A stretch of DNA of 32,000 nt from Candidatus Moranella endobia PCIT (lineage in GTDB: Bacteria > Pseudomonadota > Gammaproteobacteria > Enterobacterales > Enterobacteriaceae): positions 300,001-332,000 of the forward strand of contig NC_015735.1 of the NCBI RefSeq assembly GCF_000219175.1, given 5' to 3'. This document shows, piece after piece, positions 22,376-31,250 of the stretch. The notes below the pieces were generated by a model that did no database searches, was not told the DNA's origin, and saw nothing but the letters and a program-made list of their open reading frames with translations. A program made the position numbers and the translations under genes. The stretch's first letter is position 1. Each line of letters starts with the position of its first letter.

Positions 22376-22912
22376 TTAAAGATGGCAAGTATTAGCTACA
22401 GCTACAACATAACGTTTTTTTCCAGCAGCCTTTTCCCGCAATGGCATCAAAACTCCATAAAATTCCTTCATTACCCGAAGGTAAACATTCCGTTTGAAGG
22501 AAACAACCCGACGCACTGGGTACCAGAAGCTTACCCAGCGCCAACAGTCAAATTCAGTTAGCCCCCCCTGCTGTATATTAATCTCCACATCAGGACAAAT
22601 AAGCTGTAGCAGAAACCATTTTTGCTTCTGACCAAGACATACTGGTTTAGTATCCCAGCGGATCAGCGGTTTTGGAAGTTGATAACGTAACCAGTTACGC
22701 GTTGACGCTAGGATACAAACATCTTTGTGTCTCAGACCTACCTCTTCGAACAGCTCGCGGTACATCGCCTGTTCAGCAGTCTCGCCAAAGTTAATGCCAC
22801 CCTGGGGAAACTGCCAGGAATGCTGTCCTGATCGTCTAGCCCACAGCACATGCCCGTAGTGGTTACAGATTATTATACCAACATTATGACGGTAGCCATG
22901 ATCATCAATCAT
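22376..22912 (-). CDS. rppH: RNA pyrophosphohydrolase RppH (NudH)
   Basis: MIDD.GYR.NVGI.ICN, the Nudix box [64 protein letters not shown] and WRWVS.WYPVR.VVSFKR.VY.RVMKEF match E. coli RppH. Confidence 0.94.
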   Translation of the reverse strand: MIDDHGYRHNVGIIICNHYGHVLWARRSGQHSWQFPQGGINFGETAEQAMYRELFEEVGLRHKDVCILASTRNWLRYQLPKPLIRWDTKPVCLGQKQKWFLLQLICPDVEINIQQGGLTEFDCWRWVSFWYPVRRVVSFKRNVYLRVMKEFYGVLMPLREKAAGKKRYVVAVANTCHL

Positions 22913-23008
22913 CTGACTACCTCGATTACATAAAATACAATATATAATATTAATTGGTTCATACTAGCAATGCCTGCATGCAACTAGCTACAGTTATTTA
23001 TATCCACC

Positions 23009-23038
23009 AATAACACTATTGCACACAATAGTGTTATT
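23009..23038. repeat. Perfect 13-bp-stem hairpin between fis (3') and rppH (5')
   Basis: AATAACACTATTG (23009-23021), loop CACA, then CAATAGTGTTATT (23026-23038). There is no adjacent T-tract on either strand. Confidence 0.8.
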
Positions 23039-23165
23039 GTTATCCTAACAAAAATTAGGCCAAACTTGCGTTATTTAGTAAAAGCAAAAAACACAGGAAA
23101 AAAAGCGCACAGCGTTAAAGCGTTAGTAAAACTAATATTACGACAGCGCGATGTTGATGAAGTTG

Positions 23166-23462
23166 TTAATTCATACCATATTTTTTTAATTTTTTACGCA
23201 AAGTACCGCGATTAATGCCCATTATCTGGGCAGCGCGGGTCTGATTCCCACGGGTATATTGCATCACCATGTCCAACAAAGGCTGTTCTACTTCATTTAA
23301 TACCAGATTATAGAGGTTGTTAAAGTCCTGACCTCTCAGTTGCGCAAAATAGTTTTTCAGTGCTTGCTTTACTGAATCACGCAGGGGTTTTTGCGTTACT
23401 TGATCATGAGAGTTAACAATGGAAACGGTCAATAAATCAGAATTTACGCGTGTTTCGAACAT
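23166..23462 (-). CDS. fis: Nucleoid-associated DNA-binding protein Fis
   Basis: The 98-aa ORF differs from E. coli Fis at only a dozen or so positions ([87 protein letters not shown]). Confidence 0.97.
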   Translation of the reverse strand: MFETRVNSDLLTVSIVNSHDQVTQKPLRDSVKQALKNYFAQLRGQDFNNLYNLVLNEVEQPLLDMVMQYTRGNQTRAAQIMGINRGTLRKKLKKYGMN

Positions 23463-23480
23463 AGTGCTATCTGCTCTTGT

Positions 23481-24120
23481 TTATTTTCTATTACGCAAAA
23501 TTTTAAAATATGCCTCCAACGCCTTTAGCTATGCGCTAGTATCAACGTTGAAGATGCGCCTCAAACTGATTTTTGCTGGCATACACCTGTAAAAACATCA
23601 TGATCCCTTGTTGGCAGTAACTATAACTATAAAAGTAATGCAATTTACTGTTACCTCAACAAGGTAATGATTTATCACCAACAGCTCAAAATTTTCTCTC
23701 TGTATAGTTCACTGGAATCAAAAATACATACTGCCACTGCCAGAATTAATAAATTCGTTGTTGATCTGTTGCCCAGCAATTTAGTTTTAGTCTAGTCAGC
23801 TGGAGTTACAATACACATAAAAGAAGAAAAACCATACTATAGCGTACGTACGTGTATATTACGTGGTTTTTTTTAGATGCTTTACTTAGATGCCAGTCCA
23901 CGTGGTGAACAATAGTTTCATTCAGTTAGTACTACTAATAATATATAAACATACAATGTCTTATAACATGATTATTTATGGACTAAAATAGCATACTTAG
24001 TGTAAATATAGTTTATAAAAAAAATCACAAATAATTTGACCTCTTAATACTGAAAATATAGCGTATATTATGAAAAATGTAGCTATTGCCGCAGCTTGAT
24101 TTTGCAGTATAGATTGGCAT
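23481..24120 (-). pseudogene. dusB: Degraded tRNA-dihydrouridine synthase B (dusB) remnant upstream of fis
   Basis: Minus-strand translation gives colinear fragments of E. coli DusB. The C-terminus reads VDTSA*LKALEAYFKILRNRK* (E. coli IEDASEQLEALEAYFENFA*), with its stop 18 nt before the fis ATG. Further upstream are MMFLQVYASKNQFEA (VSWYLQEHAPNDQFRR), LHYFY (LHDFY), IQRENFELL...LVEV (IQHYLDTGELLPPLPLAEV) and an N-terminal ILQNQAAAIA (QLRNRLIAAPMA) near an ATG at 24120. There are several in-frame stops and frameshifts. The remnant is about 640 bp against about 966 bp for the intact gene. Confidence 0.65.
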
Positions 24121-24267
24121 GATATTAGTTTACTGGTTAGGATTGAGTGTTAGTTAGTCCGATGGGCAGGCCCAGTAAGACTGTAGATGTAGATAGTGTA
24201 GATAGGAACAGTTTGTCGATATATTTATCACCTCATCTCATTGCGATTCAAGTGGTAAAGATAGTTA

Positions 24268-26178
24268 ATGAAAATAGCACATCATCAATTACGTAACTAT
24301 TCAGTCGAGTCTGCACTGTTCTTGCGCCGTGCCCTAGTTTTGTTCGCTATTATTTTGTTACTGACCAGTATACTAATAGTCAAGTTGTACCAATTACAAA
24401 TTGTACGCTTCGAAGATTACTGTACTAGTTCCAATGCAAACCGTATTAAGCTAGTTCCCATCTCGCCCAGTCGCGGCATTATATATGACTGTAACGGCAT
24501 CCCGCTGGCGTTGAACCGTACTATATATCAGTTGGAATTGGTGCCAGTAAAAGTGGAAAATTTAAACAAAACTATCACTGCTCTTAGAGCAATAGTAGAT
24601 TTAACGGATGATGATATAGCCAATTTTGAACAAAAGTATAAAAGTTCCAGCCGATTTATCGCACTACCACTCAAATTAGATTTGACCGCAGTGCAGCAGG
24701 CACGTTTTGCCGTTAACCAATACCGTTTCCCCGGCGTTGAAGTCAAGGGCTACCAGCGCCGCTACTATCCTTACAAATCCGCGCTTACCCACGTTATCGG
24801 CTATGTTTCTCAAATTAACGACCGCGACTTGGATCGTCTGGATAAAAATGGTATCTTACCAAATTATGCTGCCACCGATAATATTGGTAAATTAGGTATC
24901 GAACATTACTATGAAAGCAAACTGCACGGTAAAACCGGTTACGAAGAAGTTGAGGTAAATAATAGTGGACGGGTGATTCGTCATTTACATGAACAGCCGC
25001 CGCAAGCTGGTAAGGATATCACTCTTACACTGGATCTTAGCCTACAGCAATATATTAAGAAACTACTAGCCGGTAGTAGAGCAGCAGTAGTGGTGGTCGA
25101 TCCACGCGACGGTAGCATCCGTGCACTCGTGTCTAACCCAAGCTACGATCCTAACCTGTTTGTTGCTAGTCTTTCCAGACATGAGTATCAATCGCTGTTA
25201 GTAAATGAACACTGCCCTCTTATCAATCGCGCTACCCAGGGGGTGTACCCACCTGCCTCAACCGTGAAACCATATATTTCCGTGTCGGCACTGAATCTGA
25301 GCGTGGTTAATAAAAACTTTTCGATGTTTGATCCCGGCTGGTGGCAATTACCAGGTTCTGGGAAACGCTACCGCGACTGGAAACGCTGGGGACATGGCTG
25401 GTTAAATGTCACCCGGGCACTTGAGGAATCAGCAGACACCTTTTTCTATCAACTTGCTTATGATATGGGAATCGACAGACTATCAGATTGGATGTTCAAA
25501 TTTGGTTACGGCCAGTATACCGGTATCGATCTTGCTGAGGAACGCGCTGGTGTTATGCCAACCCGTCAATGGAAAATAGCGCGTCTAAAACAACACTGGT
25601 ATCCGGGGGACACTATCCCTGTTGGGATCGGCCAGGGTTATTGGACCGCCACTCCGGTGCAAATGTCAAAAGCACTGATGACGTTGATCAATGACGGCGC
25701 TGTGCGTACGCCGCATCTATTATCTGGTATGCGCGACGAAAATGGTCGTAAGGTTATCTACCATCAACCAGAACATAAACAAATCGGTAATCCAAATGCC
25801 GATTATTGGCATATCGCCAAAGAAGGTATGTATGGCGTCGCTAACCGGCCCAACGGCACTGCTAGTATAAGCTTTGCTAACACGCCTTACAAGGCAGCGG
25901 CCAAATCAGGTACGGCCCAAGTTTATGGTCTGAAAATCAACGAAGCCTATAACGCCAACAAAATAACAGAACGTCTGCGCGATCATAAGCTCATGACTGC
26001 CTTTGCTCCTTATGAAAATCCAACGGTGGGAGTGGTGGTAATTCTGGAAAACGGTGGCGTTGGTCCGACTGTTGGTACCATTACCCGCCAAATATTGGAT
26101 CATCTACTGCTAGTAGATAATAACACGACACGTACTTGCCATTTCCGTCTTAGCCTTCAAGCCACTCCTGGTAGCTAA
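24268..26178 (+). CDS. mrdA: Peptidoglycan D,D-transpeptidase MrdA (PBP2)
   Basis: ESALF.RRAL, LQIVRF.DY.T.SN.NRIKLVPI.PSRGIIYD.NGIPLALNRTIYQ, the active-site STVKP, and the SxN and KSGTAQV (KTG-type) motifs are present. The 636 aa are colinear with the 633-aa E. coli PBP2. Confidence 0.95.
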   Translation: MKIAHHQLRNYSVESALFLRRALVLFAIILLLTSILIVKLYQLQIVRFEDYCTSSNANRIKLVPISPSRGIIYDCNGIPLALNRTIYQLELVPVKVENLNKTITALRAIVDLTDDDIANFEQKYKSSSRFIALPLKLDLTAVQQARFAVNQYRFPGVEVKGYQRRYYPYKSALTHVIGYVSQINDRDLDRLDKNGILPNYAATDNIGKLGIEHYYESKLHGKTGYEEVEVNNSGRVIRHLHEQPPQAGKDITLTLDLSLQQYIKKLLAGSRAAVVVVDPRDGSIRALVSNPSYDPNLFVASLSRHEYQSLLVNEHCPLINRATQGVYPPASTVKPYISVSALNLSVVNKNFSMFDPGWWQLPGSGKRYRDWKRWGHGWLNVTRALEESADTFFYQLAYDMGIDRLSDWMFKFGYGQYTGIDLAEERAGVMPTRQWKIARLKQHWYPGDTIPVGIGQGYWTATPVQMSKALMTLINDGAVRTPHLLSGMRDENGRKVIYHQPEHKQIGNPNADYWHIAKEGMYGVANRPNGTASISFANTPYKAAAKSGTAQVYGLKINEAYNANKITERLRDHKLMTAFAPYENPTVGVVVILENGGVGPTVGTITRQILDHLLLVDNNTTRTCHFRLSLQATPGS

Positions 26179-26184
26179 CCTATC

Positions 26185-27297
26185 ATGACTGATAATCAGC
26201 AACACACATACCTGGGGTATAAGCTGCACATTGACGTGTTGCTGCTGTCTATCTTAATGTTACTTCTATTATACAGCGTACTAGTGGTATGGAGTGCTAG
26301 TGGCCAGGATATTGGTATAATGGAACGTAAGATTACCCAGATAATCATCGGACTGCTGGTAATGCTGGTTATAGCGCAGGTGCCGCCACGTTTTTATGAG
26401 GCATTGGCGCCGTATTTATATATTTTCTGTATGTTTCTACTGATGCTAGTGGATATTTTTGGGCAAATCAGTAAAGGTGCGCAACGCTGGCTGGATCTAG
26501 GCTTCATCCGCTTCCAGCCAGCAGAAATTGCCAAAATAGTTGTACCGCTGATGGTTGCAAATGTGGTTAATCGAGATAGTTGCCCTCCTTCTAGGAAACA
26601 TACTGCAATCGCGCTAGTGCTGATTTTATTGCCAGTTTTGCTAGTAGCAGCACAGCCTGATCTAGGTACCGCAATCTTGATTGCCACCTCTGGCCTGTTT
26701 GTGCTGTGTCTTTCTGGCATTAGTGGAAAACGGATTGCCGTGGTTACGCTACTGATGATGGCTTTTATTCCGGTACTATGGTTCTTTTTCATGCATGATT
26801 ATCAGCGTGATAGAGTAATAATGATGCTAGATCCTGAAACAGATCCACTAGGCGCCGGTTACCATATTATGCAAGCGAAAATTGCCATTGGATCAGGTGG
26901 TTTAGCCGGCAAAGGCTGGCTACATGGCACTCAGTCGCAGCTAGATTTTTTGCCGGAAAGCTATACTGATTTTATTTTTGCGGTACTAGGGGAAGAGCTT
27001 GGACTTATGGGCATTTTAATGCTGCTAGCCCTCTACTTTGGGGTTATCATCAGAGGCATGGTAATTGCGTCGCGCGCACAAAATACTTTTGGACAGATTA
27101 TATCCGGGGGTTTAATGCTGATGTTGTTTATTTATATATTCGTGAATATCGGTATGGTGAGTGGTATCTTACCGGTGGTTGGTGTGCCGTTACCACTGAT
27201 TAGCTATGGTGGATCAGCACTTATTATGTTAATGTCTGGATTTGGTATTGTAATGTCGATACATACTCATCGCAACATGATGTCTAACATGCTATAG
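26185..27297 (+). CDS. mrdB: Peptidoglycan glycosyltransferase RodA (SEDS family)
   Basis: The 370 aa start 6 nt after mrdA. VWSASGQDIG.MERK, KGAQRWLDLG..RFQP.EIAKI.VPLMVA, AAQPDLGT, DPLGAGYHI.Q.KIAIGSGGL.GKGWLHGTQSQL.FLPE..TDFIFAVL.EELGL.G and GILPVVGVPLPL.SYGGSAL match E. coli RodA. Confidence 0.95.
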   Translation: MTDNQQHTYLGYKLHIDVLLLSILMLLLLYSVLVVWSASGQDIGIMERKITQIIIGLLVMLVIAQVPPRFYEALAPYLYIFCMFLLMLVDIFGQISKGAQRWLDLGFIRFQPAEIAKIVVPLMVANVVNRDSCPPSRKHTAIALVLILLPVLLVAAQPDLGTAILIATSGLFVLCLSGISGKRIAVVTLLMMAFIPVLWFFFMHDYQRDRVIMMLDPETDPLGAGYHIMQAKIAIGSGGLAGKGWLHGTQSQLDFLPESYTDFIFAVLGEELGLMGILMLLALYFGVIIRGMVIASRAQNTFGQIISGGLMLMLFIYIFVNIGMVSGILPVVGVPLPLISYGGSALIMLMSGFGIVMSIHTHRNMMSNML

Positions 27298-27627
27298 TTG
27301 TTAGCAACAAAAACATGTTGTTGCGTTATCGGCCTGATTGAACTGTTGCCCAACGAGCTATACCTACTCCCATATCCTCTCGCAGACATAGTATTTTGAC
27401 CTAAAATGGTGTACTTGTACTAACGTTTCCGTAGTTTACATCAATAGTAATAACCCCTCTACTGATATGGTTTTTTTTCAGTTTGGACCACTGGCAATCC
27501 AGTGTGCACATGCTCTTTTCTTGATTTTCTTACACGTGGACAACAGGACAAGTTTGTAGTTGTTTGGTGTAGTTGTTTAGTCTAATACCATTATATGATG
27601 ATATGCCATCTTATCGCACAATAATAT

Positions 27628-27655
27628 TTATCTCTCAATGATTATTGAGAGATAA
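27628..27655. repeat. Perfect 12-bp-stem hairpin between mrdB (3') and prmB (3')
   Basis: TTATCTCTCAAT (27628-27639), loop GATT, then ATTGAGAGATAA (27644-27655). On the minus strand it is followed by TATTATTGTG. It may be a terminator for prmB, about 130 nt from that stop, or a bidirectional one. Confidence 0.6.
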
Positions 27656-27782
27656 AACTGTTATGTATTAACTGACGGTTTTGATGTTATGTTTTTTTAA
27701 ACAGCTAAGCAGTCACTAAGGTAAATACTCATTACTCATGATCGTAAAATTTTGGCCTATTTGGCTAGGACTAGGACAGAGG

Positions 27783-28781
27783 TTAATAACGATACTGTTT
27801 GAAAAGCTTGTCGTAGGCGGTTAACTGCTGCCTCGTCAACATGAAAATGCCGTAGCCACCATGGGTAAATTCTATCCAGCGGAATGGTATTTGTGGGTAT
27901 TGCGCTATTAAATTTGCCATACTATCACCAACTTCACAAATCAGGACACCATCCGATGTAAGGTAATCTGATACATAAGCCAGAATGCGTCGTACCAGCT
28001 TGAGACCGTCACTGCCGGCGGCAAGGCCGAGTACTGGTTCAGCGTGAAACTCTGCCGGTAAATCTGTCAGATGATTTATATCCACATAGGGTGGATTGGT
28101 GATGATCAAGTCGTAGGCAAGCATAGGTAAGTCACAAAATAAATCTGACCTAATTGGAATCACCTGATGCTCAACACCGTGCGCCTGGATATTTTTTTCA
28201 GCCACTTCTAATACTTCCGGTGAAATATCAACCGCGTCCACCTCAGCTTCAGGATAGGCATAAGCGCAAGCGACTGCAATGCAACCGCTGCCAGTACACA
28301 TATCCAGTATATGCGCTGGGAGATGTGGCAGAAGATCACGAAAATGATTGGTAATTAATTCGCCAATCGGTGAACGTGGAATCAATACTCGATTATCGAC
28401 ATAAAACTCAAGACCACAGAACCAGGCCTTATTAATCAAGTAAGGCACTGGAATGCGCTCAGTTACTCGGCGTCTCACCCTTTCTATCAAGTGAGCTCGC
28501 TCGCTAGAAGTCAGGCGAGTAACGTACATCTCCGGTGGCAAATCAAGCGGTAGAAACAGACTAGGTAACACTAGTTGTAGTGCTTCATCCCAAGGGTTAT
28601 CAGTACCATGGCCATAATTAATTTGTGCGGCGTTAAACTGGCTGACCGTCCAGCGCAGTATATCCTGTATGGTAAGCATTTCCACTACTGCTTCTGCCGA
28701 AAAATTTTTCTCCACTCTGTACTCTGTTCTCCACGGTGGTTTCGTTAAGTTTGTTATTAGTAGCGGTTGCTCAAGCAACAT
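27783..28781 (-). CDS. prmB: Ribosomal protein uL3 glutamine methyltransferase PrmB
   Basis: [95 protein letters not shown], the catalytic TNPPYV and VLICEVG.SM match E. coli PrmB. Homology begins at the GTG at 28715 ([10 protein letters not shown] vs MDKIFVDEAV). The longest ORF (ATG at 28781) is reported; the true start may be 28715. Confidence 0.9.
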   Translation of the reverse strand: MLLEQPLLITNLTKPPWRTEYRVEKNFSAEAVVEMLTIQDILRWTVSQFNAAQINYGHGTDNPWDEALQLVLPSLFLPLDLPPEMYVTRLTSSERAHLIERVRRRVTERIPVPYLINKAWFCGLEFYVDNRVLIPRSPIGELITNHFRDLLPHLPAHILDMCTGSGCIAVACAYAYPEAEVDAVDISPEVLEVAEKNIQAHGVEHQVIPIRSDLFCDLPMLAYDLIITNPPYVDINHLTDLPAEFHAEPVLGLAAGSDGLKLVRRILAYVSDYLTSDGVLICEVGDSMANLIAQYPQIPFRWIEFTHGGYGIFMLTRQQLTAYDKLFKQYRY

Positions 28782-29154
28782 CCATTAATCTATGTTGATC
28801 ATCGCTGCCATCTACAGAAGTAGTTTGCTCATTTCACCTATCGTCAAATATAAACTGTATACCGCTAAAATAATCTACTGTTTTATATGGTGTAACCTAA
28901 CCTAGATTAGTCTAGTAGACTAGTTTGCTAGCGCATCATTTGCTACCTTATTTATAGCTTCTCGGCAAATCAACTTAGGATTAGATAAGGTGAGCAAAGG
29001 TGTGTTTTTTTTAAACAATAGGTATTTTCATGTTTATTCCCATTTATTCTCAAGACATATTCTATTATAACGCCGTTTACAGGCACAACCGACATTTTCC
29101 ATCACCTGGCACTGATTATTGTGTTAGTAACAAAGTATCAAATAGGAGAAAGAC

Positions 29155-29586
29155 ATGAACGTTACTAATAAGCTGTTACAGTGCCGGCCTTACTTACTAC
29201 GGGCACTGTACGAATGGTTAATTAATAATCAGTTAACACCTAACCTACTGATCGATGCCAACAAAGCAGGCAGCATGTTATCGGATTATGCTTGCAACGG
29301 AAAAATTGTACTAAATATCGCACCAATCGCAGTTGCTAATTTGGTGCTGGGCAATAGCGAAGTACAGTTTGATGCCTGCTTTAGCGGAGTACCGCGTCAT
29401 GTAGTGGTTCCAATGGTAGCTGTGCTAGCGATCTACGCTAGTGAAAACGGTACTGGAACAGTATTTGAGCCTGAGTTAGTGTATAATCAACAAGCACTTT
29501 TGTCATGTGATAACACAGATACCAAAGATAATTCTCCTACACCGCCACGTGGCGGTTGCCGACCGTTATTACGCGTTGTCAAGTAA
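29155..29586 (+). CDS. sspB: ClpXP specificity-enhancing adaptor SspB
   Basis: RPYLLRA.YEWL..NQLTP.L..D, G.IVLNIAP.AV.NL.L.N.EV.F.A.F.G.PR.V.VP..AVLAIYA.ENG.GT.FEPE and the C-terminal ClpX-binding tail PPRGG.RP.LRVVK are as in E. coli SspB. GGAG lies 6 nt upstream. The acidic linker is shorter (143 vs 165 aa). Confidence 0.9.
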   Translation: MNVTNKLLQCRPYLLRALYEWLINNQLTPNLLIDANKAGSMLSDYACNGKIVLNIAPIAVANLVLGNSEVQFDACFSGVPRHVVVPMVAVLAIYASENGTGTVFEPELVYNQQALLSCDNTDTKDNSPTPPRGGCRPLLRVVK

Positions 29587-29638
29587 TTACTTGACTAGAA
29601 GATAGCTATAACTATGTTCCGTCTTGATAAGCTTTTTT

Positions 29639-29699
29639 AAAGCGACCAACTATCAGAGAAGATCATCAGCAGCCCACTTTTAGAATTGGGCGCCGGTAT
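29639..29699 (+). repeat. Upstream copy of the cysE 3'-end direct repeat
   Basis: 29643-29699 matches 31142-31198 at 54 of 57 positions, including a 38-nt exact run (ATCATCAGCAGCCCACTTTTAGAATTGGGCGCCGGTAT). The flanking AAAG has a 1-nt indel. Confidence 0.95.
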
Positions 29700-30395
29700 T
29701 AGCTAAAGTTAACATAATTGATGCCTTAATATGCTTCTGCTGCTATATGTATATGCTATACCAGATTGCAGCAATATTCGCTCGGTACTTTTAGTAGGTG
29801 GAACTGTGGTAGATATAAATTAAACTTAAAAACAACTACTTTAAAAAAGTACAGTAGTGTGCATCCAATCAACTATACTATAACCAAAGTTGTTGTAATT
29901 TCAAAAAGAATACCAAGGTTACGTTTAATATTCATCGCCTTTAAACCCAGGATATTTCTTTGGCAGCTATGCACATACCCCAGGTTTACCGACATAAATG
30001 GTCGCAAAATATTTAAATTGATCCATACTATATCTGACCAGCGAATGTTGGCGACGAAACTACATCTTTATGTTAGTTTAAGCTAGCGGATATCTTTGTC
30101 AGCTACGCTACGGTATTGATAGTGCTAGGATGGTGCATTTTCTTGGCGCCTACTACCTAATTTAATTGTTCTACTCACGCTAAGTAAGGTATTAACCACC
30201 ATGGACACCTGGCGGTTAATCTAGCACCAGTAAACTTAGCCGCATTTAATATCTAGGTAGTTAATAACTTGCTTAAATTTATAGCAGCTGAAGTGCTGCT
30301 CTATCAAAAACCTGATCAGGTAGCGCTGCCATGATCTAAGCCTAGCAAGGTAAAATTGATAGTTGTTAAGACTAATACAAGAGAAGGCGATCTGA

Positions 30396-31202
30396 ATGTC
30401 AACAGAAGAATTAGAATTTATATGGAATAACATCAATGTTGAAGCGCAATTTATGACTGCTTGTGAACCTATGCTAGCTAGTTTTGTTCACAGAACACTA
30501 CTAAAGCACAAAAACTTAAGCAGTGCATTGAACTATATACTGTCTAATAAACTTAGCAATCAAATTATACCAGTCATCGCAATCAATGAATTATTAGAAG
30601 AAGCCTATAGTGCCGATTATAGTATGATTTTATCCGCCGCGCGTGACATCCACGCTGTGCAACTACGAGACCCAGCGGTGGATAACTATTCCACGCCTCT
30701 GCTGTATCTGAAGGGGTTTCATGCTCTGCAGGCATATCGTATTAGCCATTGGTTATGGTATACAAACCGCCAGGCGTTGGCATTATATTTACAAAATCAA
30801 ATTTCCGTATCTTTTGGTGTTGACATTCATCCTGCTGCACACATTGGCTGTGGCATTATGCTAGATCATGCCACTGGCATCGTTATTGGCGAAACATCAG
30901 TGGTAGAAGATAATGTTTCCATACTGCAATCAGTAATTCTAGGAGGCACCGGCAAGACCAGCGGAGATCGCCACCCTAAAATTCGCGAAGGAGTAATGAT
31001 CGGCGCCGGCGCTGCTATTCTCGGAAATATTGAGGTTGGGCGTTGGGCAAAAATTGGTGCTGGTTCAGTAGTCTTACGCTCGGTACCGGCTCATACCACC
31101 GCTGCTGGCGTACCAGCAAGGGTGGTAGGTAAACAGAAAGGCGACCGACTATCAGAGGAAATCATCAGCAGCCCACTTTTAGAATTGGGCGCCGGTATCT
31201 GA
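30396..31202 (+). CDS. cysE: Serine O-acetyltransferase
   Basis: MS.EELE..WNNI, CEPMLASF.H.TLLKH.NL.SAL, RDPAVD.YSTPLLYLKGFHALQAYRI.HWLW, the hexapeptide-repeat region DIHPAA.IG.GIMLDHATGIV.GET.V.E..VSILQSV.LGGTGK..GDRHPKIREGVMIGAGA.ILGNIEVGR.AKIGAGSVVL and HTTAAGVPAR.VGK match E. coli CysE. Confidence 0.95.
   Translation: MSTEELEFIWNNINVEAQFMTACEPMLASFVHRTLLKHKNLSSALNYILSNKLSNQIIPVIAINELLEEAYSADYSMILSAARDIHAVQLRDPAVDNYSTPLLYLKGFHALQAYRISHWLWYTNRQALALYLQNQISVSFGVDIHPAAHIGCGIMLDHATGIVIGETSVVEDNVSILQSVILGGTGKTSGDRHPKIREGVMIGAGAAILGNIEVGRWAKIGAGSVVLRSVPAHTTAAGVPARVVGKQKGDRLSEEIISSPLLELGAGI
31137..31198 (+). repeat. Downstream (native, in-gene) copy of the cysE 3'-end direct repeat
   Basis: See 29639-29699. 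This copy encodes the authentic CysE C-terminus ...GDRLSEEIISSPLLELGAGI*. Confidence 0.95.
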
Positions 31203-31250
31203 CAGCAGTTATGGCAGCGCTGCGGTGAGAGGAAAATTTTTGCTTCATAT

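Noticed and set aside
22998-23008. DnaA-box-like sequence ATATCCACC, plus GATGGATAA at about 19938
   Set aside because: Each matches TTATCCACA at only 7 of 9 positions. They are isolated, with no clustering, no DUE and no GATC enrichment, so there is no support for an origin.
29766-30436. ORFs of 106 aa (29766-30086, plus strand, TTG start) and 66 aa (30236-30436, minus strand) in the spacer upstream of cysE
   Set aside because: They have non-ATG or unsupported starts and no SD. Their Lys/Ile/Phe/Tyr-rich composition is typical of translated AT-rich non-coding DNA. The second overlaps the cysE start, and neither resembles a known family.
30318-31226. Short palindromic motif (GTAGCGCTGCCAT at ~30318-30331, ATGGCAGCGCTGC at ~31211-31223) flanking cysE as an apparent inverted repeat
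   Set aside because: Only about 11 nt are shared, and the motif is itself palindromic (AGCGCT core), so direct and inverted matches are the same thing. There are no transposase or target duplications, and the match is compatible with chance. The downstream copy is more simply a weak terminator-like palindrome.
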